This document shows, piece after piece, positions 25,474 through 37,390 of a stretch of 64,000 nt of DNA. Under the pieces are notes generated by a model. The model did not search any database, was not told the origin of the DNA, and saw nothing but the letters and a program-made list of their open reading frames with translations. Numbering within the stretch: position 1 is the stretch's first letter; each line of letters starts with the position of its first letter. The stretch lies in NCBI GenBank assembly GCA_030704615.1, contig CM060733.1, positions 54,188,001 through 54,252,000 on the forward strand, given 5' to 3'. A program made the position numbers and the translations under genes. The DNA is from Takakia lepidozioides (Eukaryota > Plantae > Bryophyta).

Positions 25474-25792
25474 TCAAGCGAGGAATCCAAGGTGCTAGGC
25501 CAGCAAACTCCTCTTCGTAGGAATGCCACCACCTAGTATGGGTAGCTCGTACGCCAGCAGCATTGCGTCCAACGCGCCCTTCTTCCAGCATCATCACATC
25601 CCCTTTAGTTGCGGGGAAGTGATGTGGAATATTACCATGCATATCCACAACGGGCTGGAGTACCGACGTGAGAGGCAGCGACGAGTTGATGGCTCTCGCG
25701 GTAACTTGCTGGTTAAGCTGCGATAATCCCATGGTCATTTGCATAGTGAGTGACTGCAGCATCTGCTGCAGTTTGTGTATTTGCAATTTCAA
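25474..25792 (-). pseudogene. Mug135-like/DUF1773-type small protein pseudogene (coiled coil + C-terminal domain)
   Basis: Correcting one frameshift near 25578 gives LQQMLQSL..GLSQLNQQVTARAINSSLPLTSVLQPVVDMHGNIPHHFPATKGDVMMLEEGALDAMLLAYELPILGGGIPTKRSLLA*HLG. This follows the N..L.P...G..P..FP.T...L..LL..Y.L......R..L..HLG pattern. Confidence 0.55.
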
Positions 25793-26137
25793 CTCATCTC
25801 ATCTCGACTTAACTTAAAATTCTTCAATTGAAACCACTGTACCTGTGAGTGAATTTTCACGTTGTGAATGTCAGGTAGAGGCTAGAAGAGTGTAAGCATC
25901 AGTATCTTTATTTCCACAAAGAACCCATCTCCAAATTGAACACATGCACCTCAACAAATCTCATGCATCATTGTGCACGGGGATATGCTAAAGAGTCATA
26001 TACACTGTATTGCGGAAATGCTGCATAGGACTGCAATGCGTCTCTGTAGGGCTCAATATGTATGTAATGCAACGTACGTACATATGAATTTGTGCACACA
26101 ACTCTTGACATTTGAAGGCTATCAGTGTGTTTATATT

Positions 26138-27518
26138 TGTCAAGGACGAGAGCATGACTGAACACAAACAAGAGATCAGACTAGAGGTACAAGACTAGAC
26201 AAGGAGTTAAGGTTGGCGTAGCCGAATGTATGATGAGTAAATAGGAATCAACTGGAGTACTGGAAACTGGAAACAAGAGTAGCTTGAACCGGTGTTGGCG
26301 AGACTGAAGAGTGTCCGGTCTCGCCTCCTATATATACTGGCTACTAAGAAGTTCCCTAAGAAGCTTCCCTTATATAGGTTTCTTGATGGAGAAGTTTCCT
26401 CCAAATGAAGCTTCCTGAGCAGTTTCCCAAGTTACTCTTGATAATTTGGTAAACTCCCGGTAACTTGGTAACTAATGATAAATCATGGTAAATTATGGTA
26501 AGTCATGGTAACGGTAACTTGGTAACTTCTGGTAGTTATTCCTGATAAGTTCCTCTGGGCTATGTCCGTGACATCATCCCCTGCTCTAGCGCCGAGTTTC
26601 TCGAGGACCGGTAAAATCTTGGACTTGCTTAGAATTGGAGAAAATCCAACATCGAGCGAATGGTACTTGTTAAGTATTCGGCTTTTCGTTCTTGATTCAA
26701 ATGATTTATAGGTCCCTGCAACCATCGATAGTGTCTCACCTTGAACTTGGGACCACGCAGTGATTTGAGCATTCTGATTTTCGAAATTGTCTTCAAACAT
26801 GATTTCATTTCCCTCTGGGTCCGAAGCCCCAAGCTCCAATAGAATTATCAGACTTCGAGTAAGTTCCACTTGCCGTCGTACGGGGTCCAGACGAGGAAAT
26901 ACGTATCACATTGGTGGCCCATCGTCTCGAGAGCGTCGGCGTGATGTTGAAAGTCGTGAGAGTCGGAACGGCTGATCTGGTAGTTGGGTAAGCAACAAAT
27001 CCAATGTATCTAGTTCCTATGACTCCATGCTGCCAATACAAAATATTGGAACACGACTTGGATACTGGAATGCTGGAAACTAGACTGGAGTACCAGATAC
27101 TGGAAACTAGACTGGAGTACCAGATACTGGAAACTGGGCTAGAGTACTGGAAACTGGAAACAATAGTAGCTTAAACTGGTGTTGGCGAGATTAAAGAGTG
27201 TCCAGTCTCGTCTCCTATATATATTGGCTACTAAGAAGTTCCCTAAGAAGCTTCCCTTATAGAGATTTCTTGATGGAGATGTTTCCAAGATTAAACAAAG
27301 GTTTCTTGATGGAGAAGCTTCCTCCAAATGAAGCTTCATGAGCAGTTTCCCAAGTTACTCTTGGTAATTTGGTAAACTTCCGGTAACTTAATAACTAATG
27401 GTAAATTATGGTAGATCGTGATAAATCACGGTAAGTCATGATAATTTTCGATAACATAGTAACTTGGTAACATCTGGTATTTACTCCTGATAAGTTCCTT
27501 TGGGCTATGTCCGTTACA
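26138..27518 (-). mobile_element. Internally deleted Ty3/Gypsy (Tcn1-like) LTR element
   Basis: 3' LTR 26138-26573 (TGTCACGG...CTTGACA) and partial 5' LTR 27140-27518 (TGTAACGG...). PPT AGAGCAGGGGATGA is preceded by a GPRETRR* pol-end motif. Flanks ATATT/ATGTT form a 5-bp TSD with one transition. Confidence 0.85.
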
Positions 27519-28245
27519 ATGTTCTTAAACCATGACATCTCACTTTCAATGCATTTACATTGTGCAACATACACAAATTATCTGCGCACTTTTTGTCTTA
27601 CAGGATATAATAGATAATAACAAACATGCAAAGTCATTCACTTTAGTAGTGGGTATTCAAAAGTACCCTAGCACGGCCAGAATCAATTACTGGTGATCAG
27701 GGCAGTCCATTGGAGAATTTGGAGGAACACGACGGCATGCCAGCATGCGACCTCGAAAGCGGGAGCAATTGATGGTAATTTAAGCTTGTGTCCTCAGGGA
27801 TGACGACAGGAGACAAGTTCTTGTCCAGAACCCCAAAAATGAAGTCAATGTCAAAACGTATCAAGAAGTTGAATGCAGTAGGCAAAGAAATAAAGGACTT
27901 GAGCACTCCGCTATCATCAAGTATCCACTTGAGAGTATTTCAGATATGGAACCTCAAAACTTTTATTGCATTCATAAAAATTTTATGTAAAGAATGAACT
28001 GTATCTTTGCCAAACTTTCCCCTTATCCAAGCGTTGTAGAATTTTTTGAAGATACTCCAGATTCAATATCTTTTTGTGGACAGACAAGTTTTTCCCCGGA
28101 AGGTGTGTACATTGTCATATGTTCTTGCAACAAGTGCATGTAGTGCCGAACTGTCTCCATGGCGTTCATAGTTTGAGCGCTGTAAACCTAGTGTTGTGTG
28201 CAGTAGGAGCACTAGATGTGACAATGTCTCTTGTGAGTGTAGCAT

Positions 28246-28875
28246 CACAAGAGGTGATAGTACCATTAATATCTCTCCGTCTGCTGATGTCATACTCACA
28301 AGAGGTGAAGGGTTTGGCAAAGGGTCAAACTCGATATGTTTGTCCGAGCAGATCCTTTGACCCCAAGTTTACACTTATAGGGAAATTGCAAAAAAGACAC
28401 AAGCTCATGCATGGCGATGACATACCAGCCGTAGGTGGTTTTTGCACAAGAGGTGATGTCATTCAGATATCTTCACCTGCTGATGTCATATTCACAAGAA
28501 TTGATGTCATTCATACATCTCTATCTGCACCCAAAAAAAAACCATTCAACTTCTGTATGTTTCCATGCTCGTGAATCTTGTGGCCCACACATCTTTCCCA
28601 GGGAGCTCCGATGTTCAGCGTGTCATGTCATAAGCTTTTCCAATGAGGGGCTTTGGTAGTACTTGTGCCTTCAATCATGGGATGATCGGAAAGAGAATAG
28701 GTAAAGATATATGAATGGCATCATCTCTTGTGAGTATGACATCAGCAGGTAGAGATATATGAATGGTGTCACCTCTTGTACAAAGACTGCTGGTGTCTTT
28801 TTTGTATCTCTTCAAATGTGAAGGTAAACTTGGGGTTGCAAGATCCTCTTAGACAAACGCATCGAGCTTGAACTT
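28246..28875. repeat. Inverted duplication built from ~48-bp units
   Basis: 28320-28530 (+) and 28700-28875 (-) are homologous; unit CACAAGAGGTGAT..CATTCA.ATATCT..ACCTGCTGATGTCATA.T occurs several times in both orientations. Confidence 0.8.
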
Positions 28876-29100
28876 TCACCGGTCCGTTTTTCCAATACAA
28901 AAACTTGATATACGCTCGGACAAGCAATGAGGACATCTTTTGTCGCCTTAATAATCCATCAGCTCCAGGGCGTTATCTCGCTGCTTTCGCTTCTTGAGCT
29001 ATCACCATGTAAATATGGCCCTCAGAGAATGATGCATTGAGCTTTGCCAATAAGTTGTATCCACCTTCATGTTCTTGGGCACATAAATACGGCCTCTAGA
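28530..29100 (-). pseudogene. CACTA/EnSpm TnpD (Transposase_21) relic
   Basis: 28530-28695 gives FPIIP*L..YYQSPSLEKLMT*HAEHRSSLGKMCGPQDSRAWKHTEVEWF; upstream RCPHCLSER (CPxC motif) at ~28940. Confidence 0.75.
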
Positions 29101-29619
29101 GTAAATTCTATTGTAGATGAACACTTGTCGCTGGATTCAAGTCATCAGACCACCTCAAGTCCACACATGAAAAAATCTGAATTGTGACCTTGGAGTATAT
29201 ATTACAAAAAATATGTGTGATAGTCGTTGATGTTGCCATCCATTGCAGTAATGGTATTTGTATTTATACTCGTCAGATAGATAGGCTCTTGTTTGCAAAA
29301 TAACCATAGAAAAGCACTAAAATTAGGCCAAGAACAAAGCACTTAACGTAAGCTAAAAGATGTTGCATTTGCTCCATCTGAAGCCTTAGCAATTTCTCAA
29401 CATAAGAGAGCGACTCTCCTCCAACAGTGACCTATATCATAACCAGTGTTCGGAGGTTATTATCTTTTATAAGACCCGCTAGTTCCAGGCATTGGCGGTG
29501 TGAGGTTGTGGACATACCCGCCAGAGAGCAATACTAGATTTATTTAGGATTTTACATACCTGGGGGTTATCAATCAAGCCCATTATCAAAATTATTAGAC
29601 AACATATCGTGGGGATCGC

Positions 29620-29788
29620 CCTTCAGGCATATTACTATTCTTAACATGTTTTTTTAAAAAAAATTAAAAAAAATATGACACCTCCCAAAGCCCCACATAT
29701 CCATGCTATAGTGATCTATGAGCCTTCAAGCATATTACTATTCTTAACATGTAAATTAACAAAAAAAAAAGTATGACGCCTCCCAAAG
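29620..29788 (+). repeat. Direct repeat (~70 bp x2)
   Basis: CCTTCA.GCATATTACTATTCTTAACATGT...TATGAC.CCTCCCAAAG at 29620 and 29723. Confidence 0.8.
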
Positions 29789-30188
29789 GGAGCGTAACTT
29801 ATGGTGTCACATGTTTAAGAATTGATATTTAGGAATGGAACTCAAAAAACAACTCAATTTTTATTTTAATTCTTGTCTTAAGTGAGCAATACGTATTCAT
29901 GGTATATTTTGAAGGAATGCGTCTTAAGTAAAATTCACTATTAGGATTTATTTTTTTCCAGCCAAAAACAAATTTATCTCTAATTAATCCTATTTTCTAA
30001 TATATTTAATCAATTAATTAGGACCTGGATCCCAACCCGTGAACCCACTAATAGTTCCCAACAACTACCCGGACCCGGATTTTCCAAATTTCAAAAACCC
30101 GGATCCAGAACTGGACTTGGTTCCAAAAGAGAACCCGTACCCCAAGGGTTCCTTAAAAAGGCACTACATGCACAACACTTCTCATAAC

Positions 30189-32737
30189 CTACTCTGTCAA
30201 TTTGTGGCCACTGTATACGCCACTGGGGTCGGCATTATTTACAATCCATGGATGTGTAAGCACTTTATGGAGAGGCAATCGTTGAGCAGAGTCTTTCACC
30301 AAGAGCTGCACACATCGAATCAATTTCATGTCACTTAGACTCGCTGATATTGCTGAAATCGCTGCGAACGTGATACTGCAACAGCAAAATCAAGTGCACG
30401 CAGAGTCCACAGACGAGTGAAAGAATTTCGGGGCAGCAAATTACCTGAGTGATAAGATCTCGGGCTGATGAAGAAATCACAGGCTTTGATGGAAATCTCA
30501 GATCAACACGAACAATACTGCATAAGGAAGCCAGTTAGATCAACAGACTCTGCTTAAAGAAATTGAACCAAGGCACCATCAAGTATCGGATTCAATTAAG
30601 AGCTTTAACTGACGAGTACTGATATATCATCATAGTGTGTTTCATAAGTTGGAAGGATTATATTAGGGACAGAACGGGAGCTAGGTATTACCGCTTGTAA
30701 GTGTCAGAATGCTTCTTCGCTTCAAAAGGTGGGGTGCCATACAAGAACTCAAAGCAAAGAATGCCCAAGCTCCACACGTCGACGCCGGCATCATGTTCCT
30801 TACCCTCAACTGCCGCACAGAACAGAGTAGGTAGCAGTCTGATAAGGACATGAGCGTTGAAGATCAGAAACTTAAAACAAGGGTGAGGTGCATACCCATC
30901 TCTGGAGGGAGATAATCCAATGTTCCACAGAGAGTCCTGCGTCTGTTGGAAGTATGTACGGACCACCCAAAGTCGGCTATTTTCAGCTCACCCTGCTCGC
31001 CAAACAGAATCTTTATTAGAACGACAGCACTGTGGCCGTTAGAGTAGAACTGAAATTGGACATAGATAAGCGTACTCGGAATACACGGAAAATGAGAGAT
31101 CTGATTACCTTCAGTCCTATCAGTAGATTCTCGGGCTTGATGTCACGGTGAATGACATGCTTCTCATGGCAATACATCAGAGCGCGGGCAAGGGAGGCAA
31201 TATACTGCACAATAAGACATGGCATTTAGATCGGCAGCCTAATACTTTTTTCTTCCCATATTGGGTGTTCTGGCATAGGGTTGATCTCAAGAGAGACCAG
31301 CCGCTCCCCTACAGAAGTAAAATCCATATATTCCCACCTGGAAGTGAATTTTATCAAATTTACACAAGAGCAATAGGGTTAGGAAGCGTCAGGTTCATAA
31401 AAAAGAGATCTAGGGTCTTCAGCATAGAGAGTCATCGGTTTCATATTTGAGGTCCAAACAGATTGAGACGGGAGGATGGACATAATCATACCGTGGCTGC
31501 TCTCCTTTCACTGAAGACTTTGCACCTTTGAAGCTCCTTGTACAGCTCACCTTTCGCAGCATACTCAAGAATCAGATAAACTCTTGACTGTCAACGAAAC
31601 AGTGAATAAGACACTGTTAGAAATGCTGCCCACGATGTAGCTCATGCAAGCACTGAAATTTCACCAGATCCCATTGAAAGAAGCATCAGATATAGGACTT
31701 TTCCGCACAGTGAATTGTTGGAAGGGGAATCCAAAGATCTCATCATTTGCTTCCTATCACACACGGAAACTAGGAAGATATAACCATCACTTTACACTGA
31801 CTGGTATTCACGGCATGGAACATGGAATTCACAGCACACTGTGCATTTCAGTTCTGACCTGATCATAAAAGTACCCATATAGGCGAAGAATGTTAGGATG
31901 GCGAAGGTGGGATTGGATCTCAATCTCACGACGCAGTTGATGCTCAACTTGGGATTGCTGAAGCTGGTTCTTGAATAAAACCTTCAAAGCGACGACATAC
32001 TTGCTCTGCAAGCGCACATAATCGAGTTAATTTTCAAACATACCAGGGCATACCAATTGCAAAAACCAGCAGGAAACTGTGATTTGGAATGACACGAAAC
32101 TAAATACCACAACAAATTAATGCCGAGGTTTATGACCACTTCATAGGAGGACAAGCAACAGTTGTTTATAGGCTCACTGAGAGACGATCTCATGGACTAA
32201 AACAGCAATGATCAAATGTAAATGCACAAGACCTAAACAGGGAATTCAGAACAGATTGGCCAACATTTTCGTGGACTTATGCAGAGCTAGGGTTTGCACT
32301 GTAGCCGGGTTTGGATATCCGTTGACAATCAGCATATTACTTGCTATTGTGTGGGGCTAAATAACCAGGAAGGAAAAAGCACGGAGCGAACAGACGAGAG
32401 GAAACATTTCAGCTAAACTAGATAGGTGGAGCTTGTTCTGACAGAGGAGACAGACCCAGAGCACTCACCTGTTTCTCACGGGCAAGGTAGACATTCCCGA
32501 ACTTGCCCCTGCCGAGAGGCTTTCCAATGTCAAAGTCGGTCAACGACCATCGCTTCTCCCCTTTGTTCTCACCCTCGGGTGCTTGATTGTCCTGGCGCAC
32601 AAATTAGTGAACAAAAAGGTTAGGAACACCACATAGAAACCTCCATACCATGAGCATTGGCATCCGAGTCCGCTTAAGGTCATTGCAATGAGCATTATCA
32701 GAATGAGTTGAAATCTCACCTTGGCATCCGAACCCAT
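30189..32737 (-). CDS. AUR1: Aurora kinase (alpha/AUR1-like), 294 aa, 9 exons
   Basis: Exons 32737-32720, 32591-32469, 32005-31859, 31587-31492, 31204-31109, 30992-30896, 30809-30692, 30517-30445 and 30305-30189 sum to 885 nt. Motifs: [92 protein letters not shown]. Confidence 0.97.
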
Positions 32738-33592
32738 CTCGATGATCCTCCCAGAGCCCGGTGTCGGCCTTTACCAGCTACACAGATTTCCACCCGACGA
32801 GCCAGCGATTACGAGTCGAGATCCCTACTGTTCCATTCTACTTTTTCGACTAATGCATATTTCGCACGCCCTACTCTCCTCACAGAGATCGATCGCCCTT
32901 CCTCACAATCCTTTCACTTCCCTCAACCTCCAACGCTGCCTTCGCACACCCTCCTCAAAACCCAAACCACATCCCTCCAACAAGCCCTCTCCTGTGATCA
33001 CCACCCACGAAATCCCACAGCATGCTCTCCCAATTCCGCTACTCCCCCCGCGCAAAACCACGAAGCGTAACCTGTCGATCCCTCAACTCAGAGACCAGAA
33101 ACACCTCCTCCGCATCACATCAGCAGCTCCGAAACAGAAACAGAACTTCGAAAAACCGGCTGAAAGATACCACAACGCTGCAACAGAAATGAAAAAAAAA
33201 AGAGTAACCCAAAAGGAAAATGAATCTCTACAAAGCTCTCTGAACTACCGTCGACTAAAGGCACACGAGTGAGAGCAGATGGGCAGCGAGCTCTACAAAC
33301 CTCGACAATGGCAGGCAATGCAGTCTGCGAGATTGAGGAAACACCCGCGTTCAAAAAATGGCGCTCTAACAGTCAACAGACTTCATCCACAAACGGTCTT
33401 CCAGGTTCATATTCTGTCATTTCATGGTCGGTTTTTGTAATGCCCAAGGTGTTGCTGTTTGTGGCATGTGACCCTCCTTGTGGATGCTTCAAGCTTGCAT
33501 CTACGATTCGAGAGCATCACGTATAGTGAGATCGTGTTCAAAACTGCTACAGTAATGTGAGAGCTGCAAGACCATGACGTATAGTAGGCATT

Positions 33593-33642
33593 GCGGGAAA
33601 ACCACAGACGCCATGTTCACAAGTTTGGGTGCCATTCCCGCC
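33593..33642. promoter_or_regulatory. Candidate E2F sites upstream of Aurora
   Basis: GCGGGAAA at 33593-33600 and TTCCCGCC at ~33635, in the likely promoter of a cell-cycle gene. Confidence 0.3.
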
Positions 33643-34209
33643 ATCACCTGCAGCTTGCGTTTCGAATTGGTATGTCTTCTTTGAACTTCTTTTCAGTTTG
33701 AGATGATTTCTGCTTGTGCTTCAGTGATTCTGATTATGTTGAGGGACGTTGTTTTGTGAATGATGACGATGGAAAGACATGCATGTCTCGAAATAGCAAC
33801 AAGTACTGTTATGATTAGGGTTTCATGTCCTGCGATGGCCGTGGTTGTTAAGAGTTAAGACCCGTTGGGAGGATGTGCGGTTGAATTTTAGGGTCTACGT
33901 TTGATGTGCTTCCAGAAGGAAGGATTTGGGTTCATTGGGAGGGAGAATTCGTGTTTCATTCTTTGGTGTGTCGACCAAGGTGGTGTTCGCATTGGATTTA
34001 AAGAATGGCTGAAGCACCGTCACTTTAGTATCTGTTGGTCTTTGATTGCCTGCTGTAGTATGAGGAAACATGTGCTCTATCCTGTAACGTCAACAGCATG
34101 TGTGTGGGAGATAGCTAGTATCGTCCATCAAGGGTATGCTTGTTAGCTGCGAGGAGATCTGTCCAACTAACTCCTACTTGTGTCTTGCAGGTGTGTTCAA
34201 TGATATTGC

Positions 34210-36591
34210 CATGATGCTGGCGTTAGGAAGGGAGTGCATTAATCTGCAATCTCGCGGGGTTTACGACTTACACAAGAGGGTCCAGTACTTTGGGAATCTG
34301 GGACGAATAGTTCCAAAATTCTTGCGTGTCAGCTGATATTGCAACAATATGGTATCCTTGTGCTCCATGACATGAATTCCAGTAAGGTTTACTGGAATAG
34401 TAGCAAAGCTGGACCACAAGATCACAGTCCTGTGAGTTGGGTCCTCAAGGTAAATCCAGAGAATGGAAATTTGAGTATCAGTGACATTGCGAACTCAAGC
34501 AATATCCTGTGGACAAACTCGGCAAACATAATTCACAGCCAAGTGACTCCCGTCGCGGCCCGGAGCCAAGTGAAGTTGACGGCCTCTAGTATAGATTGTG
34601 GTTGGGGTGGTCGGAGGAGCTTCTGTTATGGCCGTGGCTGCCTTAGGGTTGCACTTCTATGCACGAAAAAGTAAGCCTATTTCTATCCCCAGAATCCATC
34701 ATAGATTTTGTATTTGGCCTACGAGTCGCGTGCTGCAAATATTTGCATGGCGAGGTTCCTGCACATGATGATTGTATATGTAGTGATGCTGAAGTTTGTG
34801 CTTAATTATGAATCAGAATTTCTTGACCCAGCCGACAAGGCATTCCAGGAGTGACTGGGGGCCAACGGTGGGAATTCGCAAGTACTAACGCAGGAGAAGA
34901 TCAAGCTGACAACAACTACTCTAACCTGATAGGACGCGGGGGCTTTGGGGATGTGTTTTACGGCAAGTTGCCAGACCTGCAAGAGGTGGCGCCCAAAGTT
35001 TTGTCAGGGAACTCCCATCAAAGCAAGTATGAGTTCTACAATGAGGTCTGAGTTGGCTTTTTTCAACGAAACATTGCAAGTCTAATCACTTTTGTTCAAT
35101 GATCAGAGTAAGGTCCTTCTAGTTTAAAAGCCTCACAGCCGTACATTACCAGGCAGTGAGTGAATTATGTTAGCTTTCTAACATGGCTCGATGGTGTGAT
35201 GGGTGTGCAGATTGAGCTGCTGTCCAAGGTACATCGTTAGTACTTGGTTGCTCTTTTAGGGTACAGCTGCACATGCAAGCGTCAGATATTGGTCTGCGAA
35301 TACATATGGGTGGAGGAGACCTTCGACACCGACTGCAAGGTTCATGCCAACATCTATCTTACAACTGCTGGATTGTGTTCTCTAAGACAACTTATGCCCC
35401 CAGACGAATTTAATGGATTCCATTGAAATCATATTGATGACTCATTACACCTTGGTCTGCACGAAAGGGTGGTGCAGGGAATCCCTTAAGCCGGCGACAG
35501 AGGACAAGTATGATTCTTCAAGTTGCAGAAGGTATCTTGGAGTTTGAATCCTGTAACCACTTATGAAATAGTACACGTGAGGTGTTATCATTTTAGCAAC
35601 TTATTCTTGCTCAGGCATGACCAGTGATCATGTGCAAGTTTCCAATGATCTTCGTTCGTACGTTTAATCATTGACCTGCTCCTGGCTTTGGTGCAGGGCT
35701 TGAGTACCAGCTTCATGACAAATGATCGCCCCCAATCATCCATCGTGACGTCAAGAGCACCAACATTCTAGTCACAAACAAGTTGGTTGCCAAGGTGGCG
35801 GATTTCAGGCTGTCTAGACTGAAAGCCATTGGGCAGGAAGACGCCACCCATATCACGACAGTGCTGAAAGGAACTCCGGGATATCTCGATCCAGAGTAAG
35901 ATCAATCCCTTTCCACATCTCGAAGGCACCATCATGCTAATGAATTTCAGTGCCTTAATGTTCTTGTTTTCTACATAGCATCAAGTCTGTGCAACATTTA
36001 CAAACAGCTTGCAGATGAATGATGCTGATTTTTTCACATGGTGTTTTTTCAAATGGGTTGCAGGTATCACGAAACAGGGATGCTGACAGAGAAGAGTGAT
36101 GTGTACGCGTTTGGAATTGTGCTGATGGAAATCCTGACAGGACGTACTACCCATTATAGGAGAACATCATATATATATCTATATATGTATATATAGCTCA
36201 AAGGGTATGATATGCGAGAGCTGAACAATTGCATTGAACTGATTAATTGTTATGCATGGGCATCTGTAAGTAAGTGATGCAGTTTTGCTGGTTTTTTAGT
36301 TACAGGAGTACAACATCTACATCTTGGGATGGGGTCGCTTAATGAGTATGGTGGTGTTGTAATGCAGGTTGCTAACGCTTGGAGACTGGAATACCAGATC
36401 CAAGTATGGGATTGGATTATGATACAGAAGAACTTGAGAACCTGGTGGAGCTGGTGCTGTGGTACTTGAGGAGAATCAGTGTAGAGAGGCCACTTATGCG
36501 TCAGATTTTGCGAAGGCTCCATGATCTAGGGTTGGCCTCATCTGATCCGTCTCAACCTCAAATCGACGTGGGTGAGGAAAGTCAAATGACA
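34210..36591 (+). pseudogene. Bulb-type (B/G) lectin receptor-like kinase pseudogene, copy 1 (5'-truncated)
   Basis: B-lectin VLWESGT..CQLILQQYGILVL..VYWNS..ENGNLSI..ILWTNS, a TM remnant, and kinase [46 protein letters not shown]. Stops and frameshifts; the 3' end is cut by a SINE. Confidence 0.88.
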
Positions 36592-36675
36592 ATACCACAC
36601 CCGTCAGTAGCAAGATTTGACCCCAGAATCATCTGGGTGGCACTCAGTGCACTTAACCAAGCTATGGACTGGTGG
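36592..36675 (-). mobile_element. SINE head fragment (tRNA-derived)
   Basis: GTAGCAAGATTTGACCCCAGAATCATCTGGGTGGCACTCAGTGCAC is nearly identical to the copies at 40.5, 53.0 and 62.0 kb. Confidence 0.85.
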
Positions 36676-37260
36676 TGACCCCTTCATAGTGAGAGGAGAA
36701 AACTGGGGCTTCGCGTTGCTCCGCACTACTAGCTACGAATTCTGAGAATTACGTTCAATTTGCACAGAAAGGGCGGGTCATCCCCAGCGTTCCATACAGA
36801 CATCCCATATTTCTTTGGAAGAAGAATGGCGGAGTGTTGCCGAAGCTATCATGTCACGTATTTGCTTTTCATTGTCTGATGCAGCTACCCCTATCTGTGC
36901 CCAAGAAGTAAGGGGGTGGAGAATTTCCAGGATGTGAAGAAAGAAACCAAGGAAAGCACTTCCCTGTCTTCCACCCTCATATGTTTTTGAGCAGGGAGCC
37001 ACTTCACACTCTCTACTACACATGTTGGAGATTGCTATCTATGAAATGATGCAATGAATGCGTAAAGCTGGAGATTTGCAAAACATGGTTTTTTTAGCAG
37101 GTAATGTGCTACTTGCATATCCTCTAGACGGAGAGAATGTACTCCCGAGACATTGTTACCTTAAGACTTGGCCACAGACATGAACAGTTCGGGTAAGAAA
37201 AGAGATGAAATGAAATTTCCCTCTTGGATTCAGAGGCATACAAACACTCTTTTATAGAAA

Positions 37261-37390
37261 CTAGCAACACTCCTGCAAGATTGAGACGGAAGTGTTGGAA
37301 TTTGCATGAATGCCTTAAACGTGCAGAGCCCTTTTCAGTCGTCCTGCCTTACACAGCATCTTCACATCCCTGGTAGTGCCAGATGAGTTC
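37261..37390 (-). pseudogene. PPR protein N-terminal fragment
   Basis: RDVKMLCKAGRLKRALHV*GIHANSNTSVSILQECC*, typical of the first motif of PLS-class PPR proteins. Confidence 0.7.

Noticed and set aside
28074-28574. 166-aa ORF with C2H2-like segment
   Set aside because: It overlaps the 48-bp repeat units, the metal ligands are incomplete, and the inverted copy is not open.
28246-28790. CRISPR-like repeat array
   Set aside because: Eukaryotic context; the units are tandem or inverted without unique spacers, and no cas genes are present.
30020-30155. ACCCG-rich segment and 99-aa ORF downstream of Aurora
   Set aside because: Probably a MITE remnant; no TIR/TSD could be defined and the ORF overlaps Aurora antisense.
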